Shown here in pieces: positions 15,739 to 23,588 of a stretch of 32,000 nucleotides of DNA. Position 1 is the first letter of the stretch. Every line of letters begins with the position of its first letter. The notes below the pieces were generated by a model. The model was not told where the DNA came from. It worked only from the letters and a program-made list of their open reading frames with translations, and searched no databases. A program made the translations under genes and the position numbers. This stretch comes from an archaeon (GTDB lineage: Archaea; Iainarchaeota; Iainarchaeia; Iainarchaeales; CSSED10-239), in contig DAOOUC010000004.1 of NCBI GenBank assembly GCA_035390665.1, positions 1 to 32,000 of the forward strand, given 5' to 3'.

Positions 15739-18248
15739 GTTTAGATTTTGAATCAGAAGACATAATTGTTGGTAGAATTGCAAGCCATATAAAAAAATAC
15801 GGAAAGAAAGCAACAGGATATATTGGTAAAGTTGTAGTATCTAGTGGAGATGACCCTGTGCTTGGTAAGAAAGTATTAATGGATGTTTCTCGCTCACATG
15901 TTGCAATTGTTTGTGGAAAAAGAGGTGGGGGAAAATGCCTTTCTGGAGACACCTTGATTACATTAGAAGATGGTAGAGAAATACCTATTAAAGATTTAGA
16001 AAAAGAAAGTAAAAAGATTATTTCTTTACAAGATAATCTTAAATTAAAAACAAATAATAAAGAACAATTCTATAAAAGAGAAGTACCCAATATATTAGAA
16101 CTTACTTTAAGAAGTGGAAAGAAAATAAAATTGACTCCAGAACACCCTTTATTTACAATTCAAGGGTGGAAACAAGCAAAAGAGTTGAAAAAAGGAAGCA
16201 GAATTGCAACACCACGAATTATTCCTGTTTTTGGAAAAACCAAAATAAAAGATTGTGAAGTTAAACTTCTTGCATATCTTATAGCTGAAGGACATTTGGG
16301 AAACGGTTTTGTATTATTTAGTAATACTGATGAAAAAATAATCGAAGAATTTAAAGATGCAATTAAAGAATTTGATAAAAATCTAAAAATAATGCCACAT
16401 GGGCAAAGTAATTTAAGAATTTCTAAAATTGAAAACAATAGAGATAAAAATAGCTTAAGAAAATATCTTGATAGTCTTGAATTATATAATGTAAAATCAG
16501 AAACTAAATTTATACCACAAAATATCTTTCAATTACCAAAAAAACAACTTTCTTTATTCCTAAATAGATTATTTAGTTGTGATGGCACTATCTATTTTGA
16601 TAAAAACAAAAAAGAATGGAATATTTCTTATTCTTCTTCATCTCAAAAATTGATTTTACAAGTGCAAAGTTTATTATTGAGATTTGGACTTCTATCAATC
16701 ATAAGAACAAAGAAAACAAAAAAATTACCAAACTGTGAACTTAAGATCTTATCTTCTCAAAATTTAGAATTTATTAAAAAAATTGGATTTTTTGGAAAGA
16801 AAGAAGAACTACAAAATAATGTTAAGCAAAAGGTCAATAATCCAAATATAGATACAATCCCTAAAGAAATTTGGGACATTTATATACCAAAGAATTGGGC
16901 CACCATTGGTAAAGAAATCGGTTACAAGAATCCAAAATCATTAAGATCATCTATCAATTACTCCCCATCAAGAGAAAAACTACTTAAAATAGCAACAATC
17001 GAGAAAAATAAAGAACTTAAAAACCTAGCAACAAGCGACATTTTCTGGGATGAAATTATTGACGTAAAAGAAATTAAGAAGAAAGAAATAGTGTATGATA
17101 TTACAGTTCCAAATTCTCATAATTTTGTTGCAAATAACATTATAGTGCATAATAGTTACACAATGTCCGTACTAATTGAAGAATTTGCAAAACAACCTTT
17201 TGAAATTAAAGAAAGATTGTCAGCAATAATCATTGATACTGTTGGAATCTTCTGGACAATGAAATATGCTAATGAAGAACAAAAAGATGCATTAGAAAAA
17301 TGGGGACTTAAACCTGAAGGAATAGAGATTAGAAATCTTGTGCCTTTTGGAAAGAAAGACTTTTACACTCTTAAAAATCTTCCACATGACGGATATTTTT
17401 CAATCAAAACTTCACAAATGGATATTGAAGACTGGCTTGCGGTTTTTAGACTTACTTGGAAAGACCCTGAATCTGCATTACTTTCAAGAACCATAGAAAA
17501 AATAAAAGAAAAAGTTGGAAGTCTTTATGATATAGATGATATCATTAATGAAGCAAGAAAAGATCAAGAAACAATAAAAGACGTAATTAATTCTCTTAAT
17601 AATCGTTTAATGGTTGCTAAATCTTGGGGATTATTCTCAAAGATGGGAACAACTATGAAAGAGTTTGCTAAACCAGGAACAATAACTGTAGTTGACACAA
17701 GTACTTACAAAGAAGCAATTGGAATGGAATCCATTAAGGAATTAATTGTAGGAATTTTAGGAAAAAGACTATATGAAGAAAGAATGCTTTATAGAAAAGA
17801 AGAAGAAATGAGTTTATTATCCGGTGGAAGAAAAGAAAGCGAGATGCCTATTATTTGGATGATGATTGATGAAGCACACATGTTTATGCCTGCAGATAGA
17901 CCATCAATTGCTCTTGATGTCTTGTTACAGTGGATAAGAGTTGGTAGACAACCAGGGTTATCTCTTCTTCTTGCAACACAAAGACCAAACAAACTACACT
18001 CCGAAGCAATCTCACAATGTGATTTTTTCTTAAGTATGAGAATGACTGCTCAAGAAGATATTAATGCTGTTGCTACAATTAGACCTAGTTATCTTAATGT
18101 GCCTATGGACAAATTCTATGGACAGATGCCAAAAGAACAAGGTTATGCGATACTAGTAGATGATAACTCAGAAAAAGTAATGTTAATAAAAATAAGACCA
18201 AGATTAACTTGGGATGGCGGAAAGACCGCAAATGTCTTTTTAGATTAA
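15735..18248 (+). CDS. HerA/FtsK-superfamily (DUF87-type) P-loop ATPase, intein-containing precursor
   Basis: The N-extein ends AIVCGKRGGGK and the C-extein starts SYTMSVLIEEF, so splicing restores a GxxGxGK[ST] Walker A. Walker B is IIWMMIDEAHMF, followed by LLLATQRPNKL and a C-terminal IKIRPRLTWDGG. The spliced product would be 431 aa. Confidence 0.8.
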   Translation: MSLDFESEDIIVGRIASHIKKYGKKATGYIGKVVVSSGDDPVLGKKVLMDVSRSHVAIVCGKRGGGKCLSGDTLITLEDGREIPIKDLEKESKKIISLQDNLKLKTNNKEQFYKREVPNILELTLRSGKKIKLTPEHPLFTIQGWKQAKELKKGSRIATPRIIPVFGKTKIKDCEVKLLAYLIAEGHLGNGFVLFSNTDEKIIEEFKDAIKEFDKNLKIMPHGQSNLRISKIENNRDKNSLRKYLDSLELYNVKSETKFIPQNIFQLPKKQLSLFLNRLFSCDGTIYFDKNKKEWNISYSSSSQKLILQVQSLLLRFGLLSIIRTKKTKKLPNCELKILSSQNLEFIKKIGFFGKKEELQNNVKQKVNNPNIDTIPKEIWDIYIPKNWATIGKEIGYKNPKSLRSSINYSPSREKLLKIATIEKNKELKNLATSDIFWDEIIDVKEIKKKEIVYDITVPNSHNFVANNIIVHNSYTMSVLIEEFAKQPFEIKERLSAIIIDTVGIFWTMKYANEEQKDALEKWGLKPEGIEIRNLVPFGKKDFYTLKNLPHDGYFSIKTSQMDIEDWLAVFRLTWKDPESALLSRTIEKIKEKVGSLYDIDDIINEARKDQETIKDVINSLNNRLMVAKSWGLFSKMGTTMKEFAKPGTITVVDTSTYKEAIGMESIKELIVGILGKRLYEERMLYRKEEEMSLLSGGRKESEMPIIWMMIDEAHMFMPADRPSIALDVLLQWIRVGRQPGLSLLLATQRPNKLHSEAISQCDFFLSMRMTAQEDINAVATIRPSYLNVPMDKFYGQMPKEQGYAILVDDNSEKVMLIKIRPRLTWDGGKTANVFLD
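15936..17153 (+). mobile_element. Intein (406 aa) with LAGLIDADG homing-endonuclease domain
   Basis: It starts at Cys (CLSGDTLITLEDG). Block B is KLTPEHPLFT. The LAGLIDADG-like motifs are KLLAYLIAEGHLG and LFLNRLFSCDGTIY. Blocks F/G are VYDITVPNSHNFVANNIIVHN, followed by the Ser+1 nucleophile. It is in frame, with no stops. Confidence 0.85.
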
Positions 18249-18258
18249 AGAAAAAAAA

Positions 18259-18951
18259 CTACTCATCAAGTAGTTTTCCATCAAATTCTTTTGCAATAGA
18301 GTCTGCAAGTTTTATCTTCTTACTTGGTGCTTCTATATGTAAAATGTTGTCTTTTTCAAAATAAACCACAATTCCTTCAGAAGAAGACAATCTAAATTTC
18401 ATGTTCTGCGATTTTAAAATTTCATCGAAAATTAAATCAATATTACTTGCAGGAACAACAATGTCTATTCCTACTTTTCTTCCACCGACATGTGTTGCTA
18501 TATTATTAAGGTCGATTGTTCCAACAACACTAAACTTTAAAACAAATTCTTCAATATTAAATGAATCAATAATCTTTGTTAAATAATCTTTTGACTTTTT
18601 AGAATTTTCAAAAACAATTGTTCTGTAGGTTCTAAAATTCTCTAAGAATACATTACCCTGATTGATTTCTTTCTCGTAATTATCTATCTCATCTTTTAAG
18701 TTTTCAATAAGTGTCTGCATCTTCTTGTAAAGTCCAATTAATTCTCTTCTTTTTACTTCTTCTTCAACCATTTGATTAAATAATGGCTCTTTTTCACTAA
18801 TATCCTCTAATTGTCTAACATCTTGAGCAATAGAGTTAATTATTTCATTCATTGGCTTGTATAATTCCATAACTTTATTTGTTTTATAAAGGTTCTTATT
18901 TAAAGAATCAAACAATTTAGATAATTTAGCATCAAGTTCTGGCATAAACAT
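18259..18951 (-). CDS. Hypothetical protein (N-terminal coiled coil plus C-terminal globular domain)
   Basis: 230-aa ORF convergent with the ATPase gene, separated by a 10-nt gap. No family recognised. Confidence 0.5.
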   Translation of the reverse strand: MFMPELDAKLSKLFDSLNKNLYKTNKVMELYKPMNEIINSIAQDVRQLEDISEKEPLFNQMVEEEVKRRELIGLYKKMQTLIENLKDEIDNYEKEINQGNVFLENFRTYRTIVFENSKKSKDYLTKIIDSFNIEEFVLKFSVVGTIDLNNIATHVGGRKVGIDIVVPASNIDLIFDEILKSQNMKFRLSSSEGIVVYFEKDNILHIEAPSKKIKLADSIAKEFDGKLLDE

Positions 18952-19029
18952 ACCTCTTTTTTTTAATATATATTAATTAGATAAGAAACTCTATTTAAAG
19001 GTATTTTTTATACGAAAAGCTTTAAAAAC

Positions 19030-19371
19030 CTATAAATATCTAACAAACTTATTGTTCTTATCAACAAGTATTTTTTTTGATTGAATTGGTTTGTCAGTTA
19101 TCTCAAAACCCATAATTATTACTTCTTCTCCTTTCTTTATCAAATGAGCAGAAGCACCATTCATACAGATTACTCCTGAATCTTTATCTCCAGTAATAAC
19201 ATAAGTTTCAAGTCTGTTTCCTGTGGTGTTACTTACAACTAAAACTTTTTCTCCATCAATTAAATCAACTAAATCCATTAAAGTTTTATCAATAGTAATA
19301 GAACCAATATATTCTAAATTTGCTTCAGTTACTATTGCTTTATGAATTTTAGATCTTAATATTTCTCTCAT
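19030..19371 (-). CDS. panD: Aspartate 1-decarboxylase, pyruvoyl-dependent (PanD)
   Basis: 113-aa ORF colinear with bacterial PanD: MREILRSKIHKAIVTEANLEYIGSITID (Gly-Ser self-cleavage site), TYVI, and NGASAHLIKKGEEVIIMGF. Confidence 0.9.
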   Translation of the reverse strand: MREILRSKIHKAIVTEANLEYIGSITIDKTLMDLVDLIDGEKVLVVSNTTGNRLETYVITGDKDSGVICMNGASAHLIKKGEEVIIMGFEITDKPIQSKKILVDKNNKFVRYL

Positions 19372-19375
19372 ATTT

Positions 19376-20278
19376 TTACTCTTTAATTTCTAAATAACAA
19401 TGATAAGCAGCAATTGCTCCTTGACTAGATGCGGTGATAACCTGCTTTAAATCTGTGGAATCTGTTGCATCTCCTGCAGCAAATATTCCAGAAATGTTTG
19501 TTTCTTGATTCTTATCAACAACAATATATTTGTGTTCATCTAAAGAAAGATTAAGTTTAGACAATAACTCTGTGTTTGGAACAGAACCAACTTCTATAAA
19601 CAATCCATCAATAGAAATTTCTTTTCCTGTGTTTGTTTTTATTCCTTGGAGTTTTTCTGTGCCTAAAAGTTCTGTTACTTCTGTGTTATAGAGTATTTCT
19701 ATCTTAGAATTATTTGTTGCTTGATCAATCCAGGCTTGTTCGGCTCTTAGTTTTTCTTTTCTATAAATTAAATAAACTTTACTTGAAAGGTCTGCCAAAA
19801 GAAGAGCAGAAGTAACTGCAGCATCACTTCCTCCAACAACACCAACAATTTTATTTTTATAGAAACCGCCATCACAGGTTGCACAATAGCTTATTCCTTT
19901 ACCTGTTAGTTCTTCTTCTCTTTCTACCCCTAATTTTCTTCTAGTTCTGCCGATAGCAAGAATTATTTTTTTTGCTCTTACTGTTCTTTGATCTGAATTA
20001 ACTATAAATTGATTCTCTATTTTATCAATAGCCATTACCTTTTCAAAACCAACTTCTACTCCTAGACTTTGTGCTTGAGAAATAACTTTTTCTGACCATT
20101 CCATTCCAGAGATTTCAACAAAACCAGGATAATTACACACCTTGTGAGCATAAGATATTGTTCCACCAAAAGAATCAGAAAAGACAATTGTCTTTAAACC
20201 ATATCTTGCTGCATAGATTGAAGCAGTTAAGCCCGCAGGCCCTCCACCGATAATTGCTATATCATAAATTGTATTCAT
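19376..20278 (-). CDS. trxB: Thioredoxin reductase (low-Mr TrxB type)
   Basis: FAD motif IIGGGPAGLTASIYAAR, redox-active CATCDG, second dinucleotide motif GVVGGSDAA, and C-terminal GIFAAGD. Confidence 0.9.
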   Translation of the reverse strand: MNTIYDIAIIGGGPAGLTASIYAARYGLKTIVFSDSFGGTISYAHKVCNYPGFVEISGMEWSEKVISQAQSLGVEVGFEKVMAIDKIENQFIVNSDQRTVRAKKIILAIGRTRRKLGVEREEELTGKGISYCATCDGGFYKNKIVGVVGGSDAAVTSALLLADLSSKVYLIYRKEKLRAEQAWIDQATNNSKIEILYNTEVTELLGTEKLQGIKTNTGKEISIDGLFIEVGSVPNTELLSKLNLSLDEHKYIVVDKNQETNISGIFAAGDATDSTDLKQVITASSQGAIAAYHCYLEIKE

Positions 20279-20315
20279 AAATAAATAATAAAAGAAAAAG
20301 AATATAAATTGAATT

Positions 20316-20981
20316 TTATCTTGTTAATCTTCTTCCAACTCTTTTGTATATTTTTTCTAAAAATTCAATTGCTTGAACTGGGCTCATGTTTTTTATTTCT
20401 GTTGGAATCACTGATTTATGAATTTCAGAATAGAATGCACCAGTAACTTTGCGGTTTACTTCTGAAAAAGATGGAGCTTTTACAAATAATCCTCTTTGTT
20501 CGCGTTCGGCTTTCTTTGCTAACTTTTCATAAACTTTGTTTACTAATTTATCGTGTATTTTTTGTACAGTTAAATCTTTTCCTGAAATTTTTAATAAACG
20601 GTTTAATTTATTGACCCATTCTTTTGTCTGTCTTTTCTTAATCGCATTTAATCTTTTTCGTTCTGCATTTTTTAAATCATATTTTCTTTCTAATTTCATT
20701 AATTGTAATCTTTTATTTAATTGTAGTCTTCTATCAATTAATTTTTGTTCTTGTATTTTTTTATCACGTAATTCTTTTGCATTTTTTACTCTTTTTTTAT
20801 ATTCTTTAATAAGTATTTCTTTATTTTCTTTTTCAAAAGCAATTTTTTCATTGAATTTTTTTGTTCCAGGTTTTGTTAATCTTCCGGTTTTTGGATCCCT
20901 TTCATAACCAAGTTCTTTAGGTGTTGCTCTTTTTCCTGTTACTGCTTTTCTTAATCTTAATAATAGTCTTGGTACGGCCAT
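20316..20981 (-). CDS. Hypothetical highly basic K/R-rich protein (paralog of 20986..21531)
   Basis: 221-aa ORF with AGGAGATGA upstream of the ATG. It shares segments with the upstream gene: KELGYERDPKTGRLTKP, KEWVNKLNRLL and TGAFYSEIHKS. Confidence 0.6.
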   Translation of the reverse strand: MAVPRLLLRLRKAVTGKRATPKELGYERDPKTGRLTKPGTKKFNEKIAFEKENKEILIKEYKKRVKNAKELRDKKIQEQKLIDRRLQLNKRLQLMKLERKYDLKNAERKRLNAIKKRQTKEWVNKLNRLLKISGKDLTVQKIHDKLVNKVYEKLAKKAEREQRGLFVKAPSFSEVNRKVTGAFYSEIHKSVIPTEIKNMSPVQAIEFLEKIYKRVGRRLTR

Positions 20982-20985
20982 ATTT

Positions 20986-21531
20986 TCATCTCCTATTGTT
21001 TAAGTCTAATCTTACATTCTTTAATATTTCTTTTCTATTTGAATGTATAGAAACTGACAAATGATCTACTAGATTTTGAATTTTTGCATAATCTAATTTC
21101 CCATTATAAAGGGTTGATTTTAATGAATATAGTTCTGTAAAAAAAGCAGATGTAAATTTATCTTTTAATTTTGCTTCAAATAATTTATATTCTGGATTTG
21201 CGTGTTTTTTCTGATATTGCACTTCTGAATCAAATATCTCATGATATATTTTTTCCTTAATACTATTTACTGTTTCTCCTCTTCTTATACTTGATAATTC
21301 GGAATTTATTTCTTTAATCCAATTACTTAATTGCAATCTTCTTCTTCTTGCTATTCTTGCTTGTTCTATTTGTAATGCTTTTTCTCTAATAATTAAGTTT
21401 GAACTTTTTTTTGGGTCAATTATTCTTCCTGTATTTTTGTCCCTTGTTAAATCTAATTCTGCTCTAGTTTTCTTTAAAGAACTTGTAGTTAATCTTTGAA
21501 TTCTTGACTTAATTAATTTTAATGGAGGCAT
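20986..21531 (-). CDS. Hypothetical basic protein (paralog of 20316..20981)
   Basis: 181-aa ORF. AELDLTRDKNTGRIIDP, SNWIKEINSEL and TSAFFTELYS align with the downstream gene, which lies 4 nt away. Confidence 0.6.
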   Translation of the reverse strand: MPPLKLIKSRIQRLTTSSLKKTRAELDLTRDKNTGRIIDPKKSSNLIIREKALQIEQARIARRRRLQLSNWIKEINSELSSIRRGETVNSIKEKIYHEIFDSEVQYQKKHANPEYKLFEAKLKDKFTSAFFTELYSLKSTLYNGKLDYAKIQNLVDHLSVSIHSNRKEILKNVRLDLNNRR

Positions 21532-21541
21532 AATATATCAC

Positions 21542-22270
21542 TTAAACTCCTAAAGACTTAAAAACTTTTAAAGAATTCTTTGTATTTTTTAGAAATGTTT
21601 TTGCATCTAAAATTTGCTCAGGAGTATAGTATTGTCTTATTTCTGCTTCTGGATATCTTCCAATTTGTAATATTTCTGGCAACGTAAAATGCTTTTTTGC
21701 AATACTTAAATGTATCCCTGCTTCCTGTAAACTATTTAATTTCAAAAATCTCATTAAATCTACAACTTTTCTTTTTTTTGTTATTCTCCACGTATTTACG
21801 CTTGCATCAGATTCTCTTAATGTTAATCTTCTAGAATCCAATAAATCATTAAATAAGCCAGATTCTTTGTAATAATCTCCTTTCAATAAATCTACTCTTG
21901 TAATTCTTACTTTTTTTGCTATTGGACCTTCTCCTGTGGTAAATACAATATTTCCATTTTTGTGATCAATTCCAATCTCTGCAACAGGGGCATTAAAAAA
22001 TGGTTGTCTTGGTTTACTTGTATTATTAATTTTATGATCTTTAAGAAGGTATTCTTGTGCTTTTACAATCTTTGCATTTTCTTTTCCAATTTTTTTTAAT
22101 TTCTCTAATTGAGCTGGCGTCCATCTTACATTATTTAAATCTTGAGAATGTCTTTCATAAGACTTAAGTAATAATCCACCTTTCCAGGTTGTTGCAACTT
22201 GTTTTGTACCTGAAGCAGTTTTTTGAATCTTTAAAACCCCTTTTGGTTTTGGCTGTGGTTTTATTGGCAT
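21542..22270 (-). CDS. Hypothetical protein, first gene of the basic-protein cluster
   Basis: 242-aa ORF with GGAGA upstream of the ATG. It has a basic N-terminus (MPIKPQPKPKG) and a recurring short motif (TPAQLEKL, TLPEILQI, TPEQILDA). No family recognised. Confidence 0.6.
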   Translation of the reverse strand: MPIKPQPKPKGVLKIQKTASGTKQVATTWKGGLLLKSYERHSQDLNNVRWTPAQLEKLKKIGKENAKIVKAQEYLLKDHKINNTSKPRQPFFNAPVAEIGIDHKNGNIVFTTGEGPIAKKVRITRVDLLKGDYYKESGLFNDLLDSRRLTLRESDASVNTWRITKKRKVVDLMRFLKLNSLQEAGIHLSIAKKHFTLPEILQIGRYPEAEIRQYYTPEQILDAKTFLKNTKNSLKVFKSLGV

Positions 22271-22361
22271 TTAATATCGTCTCCATTTATTTTAATTACT
22301 AATAATTAAATGGTTAATAGAAATGCTTTTAAATATTTAGAATTAGAAAAACCCCAAAACA

Positions 22362-22468
22362 AATCGCATTCGCGATTCCCAAAGAAAATTATTAATTTTC
22401 TTGGGCGCATAAAAGCTTTGCTTTTATTGCGTCTCTGGGCCCAGAAAAATCGGTGGATTTTTCTTGGG
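22362..22468. ncRNA. Candidate structured RNA or leader: four consecutive hairpins, identity unknown
   Basis: H1 is AATCGC-ATTC-GCGATT (22362-22377). H2 is CCCAAAGAAAAT...ATTTTCTTGGG (22378-22405). H3 is CGCATAAAAG-CTTTG-CTTTTATTGCG (22406-22431). H4 is CCCAGAAAAATC-GGTG-GATTTTTCTTGGG (22440-22468). The region is GC-enriched relative to its flanks and lies between tfb and the basic-protein cluster. Confidence 0.3.
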
Positions 22469-22498
22469 AAAAAAATGCTTAAATTAAAATTTAAGCAT
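22469..22498 (-). terminator. Hairpin plus T-run at the tfb stop (terminator candidate)
   Basis: On the minus strand, the perfect 10-bp hairpin ATGCTTAAAT-TTTA-ATTTAAGCAT includes the tfb stop codon and is followed directly by TTTTTT. Oligo-T is the known archaeal termination signal. Confidence 0.4.
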
Positions 22499-23396
22499 CG
22501 ATGTTTAACTTAAGTTTCGACTTAAGCTCTCTGTATCTGTTTCTTATAGTTACTTCTGTTACACCTGCAACATTAGCAACCTCTTTTTGTGTCCTTCTCT
22601 CCCCAACCATCAAGGCAGCGATGTAAACTGCAGCAGCTGCAACTCCTGTTGGGCCTCTACCAGAGATTAAGCCTGAACCTATTGCTTTCTTAACAATCTC
22701 TTTACCTTTCTCTTCAACTGCTCCTGAAAGACCTAAAACTGAAGTAAATCTTGAGATATAGTAAGTTGGGTCTGTTAATGGAACTGCAATTTCTAATTCC
22801 TTGACTATAAATCTATATGTTCTTCCAATTTCTTTCTTTGTTAAACCAGAAGCCTCTGCCATCTCGTTTAATGTTCTTGGAACATTGTATGTTCTACATA
22901 CCGAGTAAAGAACTGCAGCAACAACTGCTTCAATTAATCTCCCTCTAATTAAACCTTTCTCAACTGTCTTTCTGTAAAGTAAAGCAGCGGTTTCTATTAA
23001 TGATTCTGGAATATTTAAGTATGAACCCATTCTTCGTAGCTCTGTTAAAGCAATTGAAAGATTTCTTTGCATGGAGTTTGAGATTGATGATCTCTTATGC
23101 CATTTAATTAATCTATACATTTGTGCTCTTGATTTTGAGGATAGCTTATTACCTCTAAGATCTCTTCCCGATCTTTCAATCATTGTTTCAAGGCCTTTAT
23201 TAATCTTAACATACTTCATTGGAGAACCAGACCTTGCTTGTTCTGAACCTGGAGACTGATCAAAATTTCTCCATTCCTTTCCCATATCAACCATGTCTTC
23301 ACTTATAATTGTGTGACAATTCTTACAGATTAATTCACCTGTTCTTGGATCTTTGTAAACTTTGTCCTTTCCACACTCTGGACATTTCATTGCCAT
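22491..23396 (-). CDS. tfb: Transcription initiation factor B (TFB/TFIIB)
   Basis: N-terminal zinc ribbon CPECG...CKNCHTII, B-finger/linker, two cyclin-like repeats, and a C-terminal HTH (VANVAGVTEVTIRNRYREL). Confidence 0.95.
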   Translation of the reverse strand: MAMKCPECGKDKVYKDPRTGELICKNCHTIISEDMVDMGKEWRNFDQSPGSEQARSGSPMKYVKINKGLETMIERSGRDLRGNKLSSKSRAQMYRLIKWHKRSSISNSMQRNLSIALTELRRMGSYLNIPESLIETAALLYRKTVEKGLIRGRLIEAVVAAVLYSVCRTYNVPRTLNEMAEASGLTKKEIGRTYRFIVKELEIAVPLTDPTYYISRFTSVLGLSGAVEEKGKEIVKKAIGSGLISGRGPTGVAAAAVYIAALMVGERRTQKEVANVAGVTEVTIRNRYRELKSKLKLNIDA

Positions 23397-23588
23397 TTAT
23401 ATCACTCCCTTGTTATTATTAACTTTTCGCAAATCATAATTTCAAAAATAGAGCTTGCAGCCATAATAATCATTAAAAAACAAACTAAAGCAAACCTATA
23501 TAAATATTATTCTTTTTTCTAGTATATATAGCTTTCGGTTTTAGCTAGTTTTTAGAATAATTAAAGAAAATTGCTTTTTTAACAATAA

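Noticed and set aside
18259-18951. Assigning the 230-aa coiled-coil protein to a cell-division family (SepF or CdvA-like)
   Set aside because: I found only a vague resemblance in domain layout and could not point to any diagnostic motif. It is left as hypothetical.
22310-22513. 67-aa plus-strand ORF from the track, spanning the tfb-proximal spacer
   Set aside because: It runs through a series of hairpins and into the tfb 3' end on the opposite strand. It has no SD-like sequence, and its translation is an arbitrary-looking basic peptide. The open frame is better explained as a by-product of GC-enriched structured RNA or terminator sequence.
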